From the NCBI GenBank assembly GCA_964187785.1, contig OZ076409.1:51274001-51338000 (forward strand): 64,000 nt of DNA, in the 5' to 3' direction. Below, piece after piece: positions 1 through 12,491 of this stretch. How positions within the stretch are numbered: the first letter of the stretch is position 1; every line of letters starts with the position of its first letter. This DNA is from Amphiscolops sp. MND2022. Taxonomy: Eukaryota. The notes under the pieces are model-generated. The model worked only from the letters and a program-made list of their open reading frames with translations, searched no databases and was not told the origin of the DNA. The position numbers and the translations under genes were made by a program.

Positions 1-364
1 TTGAAGTAATTCTCACCCAAACTATTTGTCTAATAACCCTAACACAATCTTTTTTCTCTACTAACCTTACCGCAATAACCCTACCGCAAAACATTTCATT
101 TCTTTGTCAACATTTTCACTTCCTTTTCCTGCTGGAATTTACAATCGGATTGAATAAATTCATATTTTCCTATCAAGCACTATGTTTTCGCGCAAGAACA
201 ATGGGAAATAGAAGAAATGGAGATCAGGGCGGTTAGAAACACCGTCCCCTGAGATGGAGGTAAACAGAATTCAAACGGAAACATCGAATACAGGTAATAT
301 AACTTTGACTAGTGGTATTTCTTAAAATCCGGAGGACATAGGTAGATGTATCTCAGAATCTCAA

Positions 365-2110
365 TTGAACGAAGCCAGTTTGGTCAGCAATGAGATACAG
401 GTTTGGAACCAAATCTTAGAAAAGAACAAAGATAGAATTGCAAAGATGCAAGAGGGAATCGAAAACAAGTTTGAATCGATACTGAAGGAACTTATGTCTA
501 GTAAAAATAAGTCCACCATAACTAACCCCAAATCAGAAATCAATGATACCCATAATCCACAGCCGTCGGGATCAAAGGTCAATACGTCTACTGAACTTCA
601 CGCAACTAGTAATATACTCTTAGACTCGGATGAAGATGATCATCCTCTCAGAGCTTCAGATATAGCGAGTTGAGAAACCCTGCAAACCGTTTTGGCAAAA
701 TGGGTCAAATGTAGATAGATTCGGAAGAAGACTCCGAGGAGGATGATTATCACAGATCAAAAACAACAAAATTGTCTTTCAAGTTGAAAATGTTTGGGAA
801 GTTTTGTAGACGACTGCTAGTCCACATTTAGTTCGATAGTGGCGCTCCTGGCTGGTGGCAGGGGGTGTTGTTGTTTCCTGCTGGGTGATCGTAACGAGTA
901 ACATCGGAAGCAGTCGCATGAGGCACTCAAAAGAGAAGTTTTTCAAGTTTGCCCATTGAATTCAAAATATTCTGAAAAAAATCTATTGGGGAACAGTTTT
1001 CTAGAAAAACATTATTCAGAAGACGAACATCTTTTTGGTAGAACACAAACGTTCTTAAATATGGAACTAATTTAATCACCTCTACCATGAAGAAGGATGT
1101 CAAAAACCTAGAATCCAATGACAAAATATTCTTGCAATTGACCAAAAGACCTCTGCTCATGAATATTGATTTCTTGTCAGAAGAACAATACAGCTAGCCA
1201 GAATGTTGTTCGATGAGAAGGAGGCTTTCGATAACTTTTATAAAACGTTTGCGACGTCGAAATTTCTGGAAAATATGATAGTGGGTTTAAAATGTAATGT
1301 AAACATAGATTCATATGAAGATGATCATTCTCTCAGAGCTTCAGATATGAACGAGTTGAGATACCCTGTCAAACCGTTTTGCCAAACTAGGTTGAAATTA
1401 GACGAAACAATAGTTTCAGAAGAAGACTACGCGGAGGAGAGTATATTACATGGTGATAGGTCCCAATCTACAACTCCAAAGACAGAGCTCCCAAAACCCT
1501 CAGTCTTTAAATGACACAACAGGATCCCACGCTGACAAAATACGTCAACACTGACAAGAAACCCACTTGATTCAGTCAACATCCCAATAGCAATAGAAAA
1601 ACTGGCAAACAAAAATCCTCAAAAATTTCTTTTTCACCCGAAAATTACACAAACTTTCAATGGAGAAAACGAGAAAAACGAGAAAGCTGAGTGTTCCGAA
1701 GCTTTAATCCTTACAACACTTCGAATGCAACGAAACCTAACTGAGGAAGTGAAAACTAACCACTTTCATGCACACTTCAGGGGTTTGGCTTTTAAAACAT
1801 TCAAAAATATACAAAGAACTTTGGAAAACATCCTCACAGTTTTTCGCAGGAAATACGTAAAACCGGAGTCTAGTGCATCGGTTAAGCACAGCTTCTCAAT
1901 GAACTTTTCTTTGATCCTGAAAATCAAAAAATCCCTGACTTTGTAAAGGAATTTCAAGAAAGTGAAGTAAAAGTGTTTGGGGACAATGCAATTCAAATGA
2001 TACAGAACTTAGTCTATGCCAAAATGCGCCCACATCTCAAAAAGTCCATCAATCAAGCATACTTAGAAAATGGAACATATGACCATATCGAAAAACTGCA
2101 AAGAAAAGCA
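365..2110 (+). mobile_element. Degenerate retrotransposon gag-like region (fragmented ORFs 365-673, 1203-1514, 1725-1946)
   Basis: Broken frames read ...TFNGENEK...LTEEVKTNHFHAHFRGLAFKTFKNI..ILTVFRRKYVKP... and ...YAKMRPHLKKSINQAYLENGTYDHI, resembling retrotransposon gag/capsid patterns. Multiple stops and frameshifts; no termini identified. Confidence 0.4.
629..1445 (+). repeat. Diverged direct repeat of about 130 bp (copies near 629-760 and 1315-1445)
   Basis: GAAGATGATCAT(C/T)CTCTCAGAGCTTCAGATAT...GAGTTGAGA(A/T)ACCCTG..AAACCGTTTT occurs twice and encodes DDH(P/S)LRASD in both ORFs. Confidence 0.7.
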
Positions 2111-5100
2111 TTTTCACTAGCATTTGAGTTTTGAGGCGAAGAGAAGCCTTTTGCCATGCAACTTTCAGAGGCATATTCAACTTTTTTCTGCCAACAAGTG
2201 TAACTTTTTCAAATCAAATTTGACCCCTAATCTCTTGTCTCCTATGATGGGTTTGCGTTTGGTTTTTTCAAAAACAATTTGACACGGGTCTGGACTACCT
2301 TCGAACAAAGAAAGTGTTGTCGATGGATATTCCATTAAGGATTTTTCCTGTAAGGTATCTTGAAAGGTCGAATCTGAAAACAAGTTCCGCATCAGTTGGC
2401 TACTGGTATCTTCGAAGCCAACATTGAAAATTGTTGCTCGAAGCCGAGTGCGACAATCCGTCCCTCGCACCGATGTTTTTTTAACAGATTTCGTGACACA
2501 TGCCAACTTTTCCAAGTTATCCGGAAATTTTCTAAAAACCGAGAGCAGATACGGATACCTTTTATTTTTGAACTTTAATTTTTGAAACATAAGCTTCTAC
2601 GAGAACAATAGTCTCATTGAAAAACTGATGAAATAGTCCCTGGGCTGAAAGTTTGCTGAAAAGCTTTCGAAAAAATCTCGTTTTTTTTGCGAAAGTAACA
2701 TGAAAAAAATGCTTCTCATTTTTGGCTTCGAATTCCTATATCTCAGAATTGCAAACTCATACGATGGCCATATTCGCGTATGCAGTACAACAAGAACCCA
2801 AGCAAGTTTCTTGCAGAAAAACTGCCCTCATGATAATTTTTCAAAAATTATATTTTAAAATATCTTAAAATTCAGGAATTTTGGAAAGTTGTGTTCAAGT
2901 ATTTTTATATGAGACCGGATCTAATCCAAATATTTTCTAATCTGAACTGTGGTTTTCTAGCGCAACATCAGCAAAATTGACCGTGCCTGCCCAAAACCCA
3001 GAGGTTCGCTGCTTCGTTTTTTTGATGTTTCAGCTTGAAAAACGCGTTGCTCGAACTTGAAAAGTCTCGTCTTTGGGTATATAGGCAGTGTGCAACTTTT
3101 TCCGAGAAACTGACACAAAAAGTTACTAACCGACACAGCAGCATCTTTTGCGTACATTACTGATAATTTTGTTATTAAACGAAATTTTTCTACGGGAAAG
3201 AGGGGATCAAAAATCTGAAAATTTTTTGATTTTTCTGTATACAATTTCCGTATACAATAGATATGGATAATATGTTTTCGGTAATATTTGTGCAAGAACC
3301 CAGGCTACTTTTACGCCGAAAGTTTTTAAAAATCGACTTCTTGGTTTTTTGGGAAGGAGATTTGAAAAAAAAAACAATTTTTGAGTGTTTCCCATCTTTG
3401 ATCTCCTATATTTAAAAACAGAGACCAAATAAAGAGTACATGGTTTCGTAAATTGTACAAAGGATTTGTAGGCTTGTTTACTGTGAAAAGTGTCATCAAC
3501 ACGAAAGAATAACCATAGTGAACACACTTGAAAAAAATTCTGAAAACATCAAAAAATCTAATTCAAAAAAATTTGAAATCTTTTTTTCTCAAACAAATGT
3601 CGCACTCTGGCGAAGCAAAAACGTGAAAAAGGAACCCTTATGCCCTGGAAACGCTTTTTTTCGATTAAAAACATAAAAGGAAATCAAAGAAGGTTAAACT
3701 TTTTCAAAGAGTCGCACAGTTCCGGAAAACTCAAAAGGAGACAGACGCCTTGGTCCGCAAATTGATTTTCATTCTTCAAGAACACCAAAGAATTGAGAAA
3801 AGGATACTTTGATGAAACCAAAGTTTTTTCTAAACAAAAACCAATGGGTCACTGATGTTACTCATCTTTTCAGCCATTGAATATTTTAGTCCAGCGCTTG
3901 GTTCGAAACCACATATAAATCCTTTCAATATCCCGTCAATTCCCAATTAAATGCGCTAACCAATAGGCCAAGAAAGTATTTTTCTGCTTTCTATACTCTA
4001 GTAATTTGAGGCAGGAAATTTTGGGAAAGGAAAAAGATACTGTAAAACTGAAATTTATCTTACTTGCACACGAAACAGCTTCTTCAGTCCTCAGGGATAA
4101 AAACCCACTTACTAAAACGATCATGTAACTGTTGAAAGAACGATTTGTCACGCAAACTAGGAGTTTCACAGTAGTCTTAGAATTAGCATCGTGTGTTCCA
4201 AATCACCATTATGCAAACTCTCGACCGCTGAATGCTTCACAACTACATGGATCCCAACTGGACTGACCGTGGCCAAAGTTTTCGAAACACTACTAGAGGA
4301 ACTACTGAGGCAAAAAATCCCATCAAAGGAAAAGCAACTGGATGTTTAGTATCTTTATTGGAAATTCCGACAGAAAAAAAAGACTGAAAAGAGAGAAAAA
4401 GAAAGTGAGAGAAAGAGCGAGAGAGTACAATTGAGATGCGGGTGTCTCAGGTTCCTCGGAAAACCCACATCTTTCGTCTTTTTCAGTTAAGTCTGATTCG
4501 GCACATCTCGTTCTATCTTCTGATTTTCCTGAGCTTCTGTGGAAGCCTGATTTGTAAGCTCATAGCCGTATCTATAGACTGGGGATGGGTCGAGTGATAT
4601 ATTTTCTGATAAGGTGATACGCGGTGTCCACGGTGACAATTATCTGTACCTGGACAACTTGAAAAACTTTCAAAAACTGCACTTTTTCAAACTTTCCAGA
4701 TAATCTAACGCTTAATTTTAAGTTGTTTGCCGCATCCAGCAGATTACACCCGGTACTTTACATTTCGTACTGCATTCTCCAATTTTGGTCACCGCTTCTT
4801 AGACAAATTGCTTTTGTAAAGCGTTTCAAGCGGAGAAAATTTATTATTCAGCAGTTTTTGTTTCAAGTTCCAGTTACGTATTTTCACTGTTCTCATTTTG
4901 GATTATTGAACACAATTGGAAGGAATTGGAACGAATTAGAAAAACTTAGAGTCTGTGGGTAGAGATGTACTGTTTAGTTGAATGTAATGATCTCTGTAAA
5001 AGTACTTCTTATATTCTTTTTGAGCCTCAAACATGGCGCTAAGTTTGTCCTTTCCCGGGTTGTTGTCTGAAAAAATTTTCTCCAAGACTAAGGGATTCTG

Positions 5101-5690
5101 CTTTTGCGTTTCAACAGTGTGTTCGAAAATAATTCATCACAGTTTTTTGAGGTTTCAAGTTACCGAAAAGTCAAATTTTTGAGTAAGCCTTAAATCTGAT
5201 GGGGTATCCAAGAGCGAAAAAGAAATTTAACTTTTTACATATTCAACAAATATAAAAATTTCACCAAAACCAAAGTTTCCTTTACTTTTTGGGTGTTTTT
5301 CGGCACTTTGCGGCTACTTTCTAAAACTTTTTCATCACTAAGTTGTGCCGTTTGGTTTTTTGATGATTTTTTAATATCAAAATGAGTTCTTCAGTCTAAA
5401 GTGTCTCCTTTGAGGTAATCTTGGAAGTGTGATTTTCATCGAAGAGTAAGATTTTACTAAAAGGCCTTACCTTTGTTTTTAGAAATTTTTTGTTTAAAAA
5501 GTAATTTTCAGTTGGGATTTTTTTTGAAATCAAACCTAAAGTTTTTTTCTCGAACTGGAACGTTTTTCTCAAATGTGGAATGTAAAATTTCAGCCTATAG
5601 TAGAGTAGAATGGCAGAGCCGAATAGAGTAGTAGAATTTTTTAGACGAGCGAACTGGCACAATCCAAAAAAATTCTATAAAAAGTTAATA

Positions 5691-5780
5691 ACCTGCGCCC
5701 GCCATTTGGCCTAGCGGTTAACGCGGATTTGCCGGTAGGGAGGTGGCCTGCGAAGCAGGAGTTGGGTTCGAGTCGCGCTC
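5691..5780 (+). repeat. tRNA-derived SINE-like head
   Basis: A-box-like TGGCCTAGCGG at 5707 and B-box-like GGTTCGAGTC at 5765; no cloverleaf; a related inverted copy lies at about 37358-37450. Confidence 0.55.
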
Positions 5781-7471
5781 TAAACCATAACAAAATATGC
5801 TTGCAAAGGTTGTACAAGGACCAAAGGTTTTTTTGATTTTTTCGGCTTTGACATTTTTCTGATTTTTCAACCGGAACCCCTCCGTTTTTAGCAGAAGCAG
5901 TGTTTTACGAGCAAAGTCGGCCACCTTAGTTTTTTGGCGATTTTTTGAGGCTTTCTGTAAAGGAAAATTGTTTTCCGAGTATTAGGGATCACCTCTTGGC
6001 CATGTGAAACTGAAGAGCTTTCTCAATAATTGTTTCTCAAAAAAAAGACTTTCGACACTAAGTGAATTTTCTCGTAAAATATTCATTTAGTCATAGGGAA
6101 CCACTTCACTTTTGTGAATGTATACGGAAACTCAAAGCTCCTTTTTTGATATGAAACTTTATTCCGAAAAAAACCAAAGCAGCATGGTGCTGTAGAGTCG
6201 GAAATGAAAAGTAATGAAAAAGAAAGTACGTACTTTTTGTGGCAGGATTCTCTTCAGGAAGTTTGGACTAATTTTGACTGTTTCTCAGATCCAAGTCATA
6301 CTGTTTTGACTGATGTCATTGCGCACGCAGGAGCACCTTTGGGTGGGGGATGACTGTGATAATTTTATAAAAATGCAGTTTGAGAAATGTGAAACTTTCA
6401 TTAAAGGTCGGAAGAAAAAAGATGCGAGTGCATAAGTCGAAATTTTTCTCCGATTCCTAAAAGTAAAGTTTGGTTTGTCGATGCTTCGTTGAGGAAAAAG
6501 CGGGTTTCGAGTCTTATGGGTGTATTTTTCGGCACTGAATTATATAATTTCATAATGGTGAATAGTATCTCTTTGCATTTTTGAACCTTGAGCGGGGCGC
6601 GCCCACTTGGACTGTTCCCGCCGTGTTCTATTATAAATTTGATCAAAAATGTTTGGTGAAAATTGTTAAAATCTATTGAAAATTGGAAAATACTAGTAAG
6701 CACAATGAAATTCTAAGAAACTTTCACTTTTTAGCATAGTTGTATTCGATTACTACTGGGGAAATTGTGGGAAAAAATAAATTTAAATAAAAATTTTTGC
6801 AAGTAAGTCACATTCTCTTAGAACACAATTGCATCTAGTTAGCGATTTGAGAAGAATCTGTGCGAACAACTTACCAGGGCTAAGGTTTTCATTACTTCAA
6901 AAAACTTAGGTTTGATTATTTCTCCAGATTACACTGTAATAATGACATGTCTGGCATGACTAAAAAGAACACGGCAACTGCATAATTAGACATGTTTATT
7001 GCTGTTCACTGACAGTACTTCCGGACGAAACGGAAAATAGTCTAGGCTTAAAACGTGGTATGAATACGCAATGCTGTGTGCGACGAAATACGTTCAAGTT
7101 TTTTTCAATTGTTTTTTGATGTTGAAAAGAAATACTATTTCGGCAATTGATGTTGTTTTCCAATGATCAAAATTTTTGAAATTGAACTTGACCAAGCCTT
7201 TGAAATTCTAAAAAATTTCAACGGTTCAATTGATAAATTACAAATGCATCGAAATGCAATCAATCAAAAGCAATTCTATTCAAACACAATAACAAATTAA
7301 AGTGAAATTTACAAAATACAATCGATAGCAATCACTTAAGATTCATTAGGGCAAAAATTTCATAATGACAAAACACTTCAGTTGAAAAGCACAATTAAAT
7401 TGGCAAAAACAAACTAGCTAGTAAATTAACAACGACACTAAACCCCTGCTAGGGTTGGGTTGTCAGAGCTA

Positions 7472-9504
7472 TCAAAACCCTGAATTGTAGAAATATAGTC
7501 CATAGACATCCGGATGTTTGCTTTGCAAAGCCCTCAGCAGCTTGTTTTTCTGTCTGATACTCAAGCTCTTCTCATTGAGGACAAACTCCATCAACGAAAC
7601 CAATTCTTCAGTAGTGTTGACTCGCTTTTGCTCCACAAACTGTTGAGGACTGATGCGTCTGCAAAAAGTGCTTCTTTCCAGTTTTTTGTGTGACCCAGGT
7701 AAAACTACGTCATGGTAGCTATTGCAATACGTTGCCCAAGATACGAAAACCCTGTTTTGGTACTCGATCAAAAGGGCCAAAACAGCAGAACAGTCTCGCT
7801 TGTCTTCCAACAAACACGTAGAAAACTTCTCTATCACGAAAGATCGGTTGTCCAGTGGTGCAAACAGCTGAGTTTCGCAATCAGTCAGATGCTTCAGGAA
7901 TGCCACAATATTTCTCATTCTAATTCTATGCTCGTTTTGAAGTAAATTGATGAACAAGAACAGACAGTCCAAAATCTTACAGTGCTCGTTTGACATGGCA
8001 ACTGTGTTCACGGCCCAGAATAAGTCCCGCATTTTGGAAGGAATGACAGCGAACTCTTTACAGTTAGACAAAACGAGACTGACCAGAGATCGCTTTTGGT
8101 CAGCAGTGAGAAATTTGTTTTGAGGTACTAGAGCCGAAATTTGAGGGTGAAATTGTAGACACGGAGCAACTGCTTTGTTGAAACCGGAACGCAGATTTGA
8201 ATTAGCAGCGTTTCCTATGAGCGAATCATCGTCGTTTTTGCTATTCAGACTTTCATCGCTCAAACTGAGAGAATTCAATGAAAGGCTGAGATCGCTAAAA
8301 CAAAATAATTCGAAGTTCAAATTATAGCATTCATGCATACAGAAAATACAATTGAATTAAATTTGAAATGAAACTGATTTCAAAGTCGTAAATAACGGAA
8401 CAATAATTTCAACATAAGTAACATTTTTGATAACCATCTGATAATGCAACTCAGGGGTGCGTTTTTCCCGATATGTTCGAGGATGCTATGGACTAACCTT
8501 GAAGAGAAAAGGTGGGCATAACACTCGTGTTTTTTGTCGCATGACAAATATTCAATCACTTCGTCCAGAAACGACAACTCAACCAGTTGCAACAACCTGT
8601 CCAGCATTGCTTGTTGGGTCGCATCTACATCCAGAATGGCATCATCGTCATCATCCTGATCAACACTGTCGCAACTTCCGCTACTGGAGGATCCATTCGT
8701 TGTCATCAAGTCTTGTCCACCTACTCCACTGCCATTCTTCACGCTGAGACCCAAAAATTTTGAGATCATTCCATAAATGGCATTTTGCTGGTTCGAATCA
8801 TTGCTGTTGGCTTTCATGTTTTTATTAGTAGAGAGTTTTCTCAAAGTATCGCAGTTTGTGTAAGTAGTGTTATTCGTCAAAGCTGAGTAATTTTTTGTTG
8901 GTGTCGAACAGTTCATAGACACAGGAACAAAGTCACCACAGCCTGAGGGCGCAGAAGCTATCGATTCTTTCTCAATTCCAAGTCGCTTCGCAACAGGTGT
9001 CGATATTTTCACAGTGTTTCTATCACCTGCGACAATGGGCTCACTCGCTATACTGGACATGTCCATGTTCTTACAACTTGCTGTGTCGCTAGCATCCACG
9101 AACTTCTTCGGCGAAGACGGAACATTTTTACCAAATATGGGCAAATCATTCAGCGGGCTATCAACTTCTACAAACTTATAAAATATACTAGACGAATCAT
9201 GGAATGTAGTGATTTTAGTTTTTTTGAGACTGCTGTAATAAGGCTCGAATATTCCAGATATGAGGAAAAGCTGGCATAATTTCCGGACATTGTCGCGAGT
9301 AATTTCTTTGGAAAAGTGACCGGGATTCGAATGGCAGAATTGCAACGCTTGGGATATACAGTCAGCTCCTGAGAATACGAACTCTGATTTGCTGGCATCG
9401 TGTAAAGATCTTTTAGCCTTGTAGGATACATTGTAGTAAATATGTGATGCCACGTCATGCCATAGTTGAACATGTTTAAAACAAGTCAATCGGGTGGTTG
9501 TCAT
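7472..9504 (-). CDS. DEPDC7: DEP-domain protein, DEPDC7/DEPDC4-like; two exons (9504 to about 8435, and 8294-7472)
   Basis: The N-terminal LWHDVASHI...FSGADCI...VRKLCQLFL..GIFE...TFHDSSSIFYKF matches the DEPDC7-type DEP domain. The C-terminal RhoGAP-like part (DNRSFVIEKFS, FCRRI, TTEELVSL..LS.RQKNKLL....HPDVY) matches the family C-terminus. Acceptor TTTTAG at 8295 is phase 2; the donor is ambiguous among phase-compatible GTs at 8434, 8422 and 8413. Confidence 0.8.
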
Positions 9505-10307
9505 ATTAGCTGCTATCTAAAATCAATGATCTCAAGTTGAATACCACCAAGGGAACACCATCATCAGAAATAGATGGTGAAATAATGATTTATTGTTAAT
9601 CAATCACTCTTGATGAAACCAAAATTGAACTTTCTGGGAGAAAATTCGCAATCCAAAGAGCGCAGTACAGTCCTGTGGTAAAAGAATGGAATCTCTGTTT
9701 GGTAATTAAGTTTGGAACGGCTAATGAGTTTGCGAATTTCTCGAAAATAGTCAAATTTTCCAAAATATGATAGAAACAAAAGTTTCTTAGAATTTTGTCT
9801 TAGTTTACATTCGTCTAATTTTGGAAGCCTTAAAACTAATACAAGACAAGTTAGCAAATAAAACTTTTTAGATATAGAACTTAGGAAATTGAGTTGCAGT
9901 CTAAATAAGGAGCGGAAGCTGATCATTATTTACTTTTTCATATTGTGCAAGGTGCCAATCATTCACTAATTACACTCGAAAAGTTTTGGTACCCTAGAGT
10001 GTACATGTAAAAAGATAATCACCAATCTATAAGTCTTAAATCTACACCCAATCTTAATACATGTACCCGAATAATTTCAGTGGAGATTATCGATTTTCTT
10101 CGAACGTGTAAATACTAAGTGCCTCAAAGTTTGACAGTGCAATCAGTGGGCAGCTATGAACCGGTAGATAAACAAAAATTAATCGAAATTGTTGATAAAT
10201 TAGCCAAAAATTAAAAACTTGGTTTGCAAATCAAATATTACATAGAGAGGTATTGAGAGCTAATTTCCCCAATATTTGTCATAGAAGTTTCAAACAAACA
10301 CGAATGT

Positions 10308-10512
10308 GGATCTTTTCTGTTAATTCCCCCCCCCCCCACAGTAAGCGCGGAAATTTTAATTCCCCACCACTATCGGCGATGAGTTTCAGTTGCAGTTAGA
10401 GTTATAAAATACTGCAATTTGATTGGTTGATACTATTAATTCAATGATAATTTCACTTGACCGCTTAACTGGGGGGAATTAAATTGGTGGGGGGGATTAA
10501 CAGAAAAGATCC
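10308..10512. mobile_element. MITE of about 205 bp with 8-bp TSD
   Basis: TIRs GGATCTTTTCTGTTAAT.CCCCCC / GGGGGGATTAACAGAAAAGATCC, flanked by ACGAATGT at 10300-10307 and 10513-10520. Confidence 0.85.
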
Positions 10513-12491
10513 ACGAATGTAAACTAGATTAAATTTCGAGAAACTTTTATCAGAGGCGTTCCTCTTGAATATTAATAGTTTAAGATTTATGGGCAAAAAA
10601 ATCAGGTGTTTCAAACGTTATTACCAATCAGGCGTTCCATTCGTTTATCACAGCACTGTACCTTTGTCTCACAGGCATAGCGACAACTCAAATCAAGCGA
10701 CAAGTCATCAAGCGATAACTCATCAATTAGGAAAAAGCGACAACTCATATCAAGTTTGCCAATAGGTTACAAATAACTGAATTTTACCTCAAGAACAACT
10801 TATAATTAGCTGCAATCAGACATTCTTAAGTTACACTAACTAATACTTACCATGAAATCTTATTACTATTTTATATTTTCTAGCAATTAGTTATCAATTA
10901 CCTCAATTTTCTCTATCTCGTGAAATATTTGGAATAAATTTTCTGATGAGTTTTGATTGATATAAGTTGTCGCTTTTTCAAATTGATATGAGGTACCGTC
11001 ATCTATTTCCCACCCAAACTGCGGCGGGGGGATTGGGGTTTGGGAATAAGACAGAAGGTTCAAATACCATTATGTCGACATCATTCGCACTGAAATTTTG
11101 GACCAATAAATAAATTGATGTCGACAAAATCCTATCCATTACATTGACCGTCAGTTAAAAATTGCTCATTAGATTTTATAGCGGACAAAATTTGCGCTGA
11201 AATAGGGGCCATTTTATACGATTTTAGCTTGTTTCAAACGTAAATTTCTGCTATTTTGGACAATAATATCAAAAAATTATATTTTTTTGCCTGAAGTGTC
11301 CAAACAGTTGTAGAGACAATCCTCTAAGAATTTACATTCATATAATATTCTCTTATTAGTGAAATATTTTTGTTCAAGAACAAAATGTGGTTTCGTGTTG
11401 GGGTGGGGGTTGGAGTTGTCGCCGTACGGTCTCACAGTTGTCTCGTCAATACTGGAACAGTGAAATTCTCAACTAAACCTAAGTTGTTTCCTTTTAGCCA
11501 CCAATTTTTTTTTCAAAGAACTCACAATATCAGTCGGTGAGTGAGATGAGTCTCCAATTTCGAAAAGAGAACCAGTAAAAGCAGGGAAGCCTTTTTCTTA
11601 CGTTGTTTCCTTTGGCATTCAAAAAGTTTTTCGTTAACCTAATAAGCTATCAGATCAGTTTCAAGAAGTGTGACAATCAGTTGAAATTAAATTTCCAAAA
11701 AATTCTGCTTTTGTCGCCATAAAAACTGCGGGGGCTATTTTACATGAATTTCATTTAAACAGATTTAACTGGAGCCTTTGTTAAAATTGAGACTATCTAA
11801 TTGGTGTAAACTACGTTGGATTTGTACTTTACATATAAATGTACTCGTCGTACATGTACTAAATCGGTGTAAATATCAAACCTGGCAGAAAAATCAAAAT
11901 TAAAAATTAGAAACACAATTTAATTTCTACAAGTGTACAAAATGTACAAAAACATTTATTAACATATTTCACGTTTACAGCATTTTGGCCTTCAGTTAAC
12001 CTACATAAAGGCATCTGTTATTGCAATTAACATACGTCAACTTCACGAACATTTTGCTTTGAAACACGCAATTCAAGTTAAGATCGAATGGTATTGAGAA
12101 TCTACTTCAAACTAATTTAGTTTCATCCTCATTTCCATCATTTCGAAACTTTTTAGATCAAGGATTCTGAATAAGGAAGGATTTCAGATAATTTCGGTGA
12201 CCGGGTGGGATGGGAGTTTGACGGTTCTCCCTCCTCGGTCGAATTTTTCTCCCCCAAAAGAACCCGTTGATCAAGTAAATAGAAAAGCCAATGCTTCCAT
12301 TTTACTGGCGGCGCTTTTTCGTTAAAGATCAATGTAATCGAAACAACTTTCAGTAATGTTGCATACATAGTAATGAATAATTCTTTGACCCAATATATTT
12401 TTGGTGAAATCGCGGTCAAATTAATTGCTAATAATCGCGCATTATTTTCCAATCTCTGAGGAAATAAAGATGAAGTAAGCAATCATTTCAT

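Noticed and set aside
30-90. Telomeric repeat (TAACCCT)
   Set aside because: Only two or three isolated degenerate motifs, not an array.
2200-7400. Short ORFs of 60-140 aa
   Set aside because: They lie in A/T-run-rich repeat-derived sequence with no recognisable domains or consistent splice pattern.
12153-12482. 109-aa ORF downstream of the CEP57-like gene
   Set aside because: Non-ATG start, no motif, and it lies in the probable 3' UTR.
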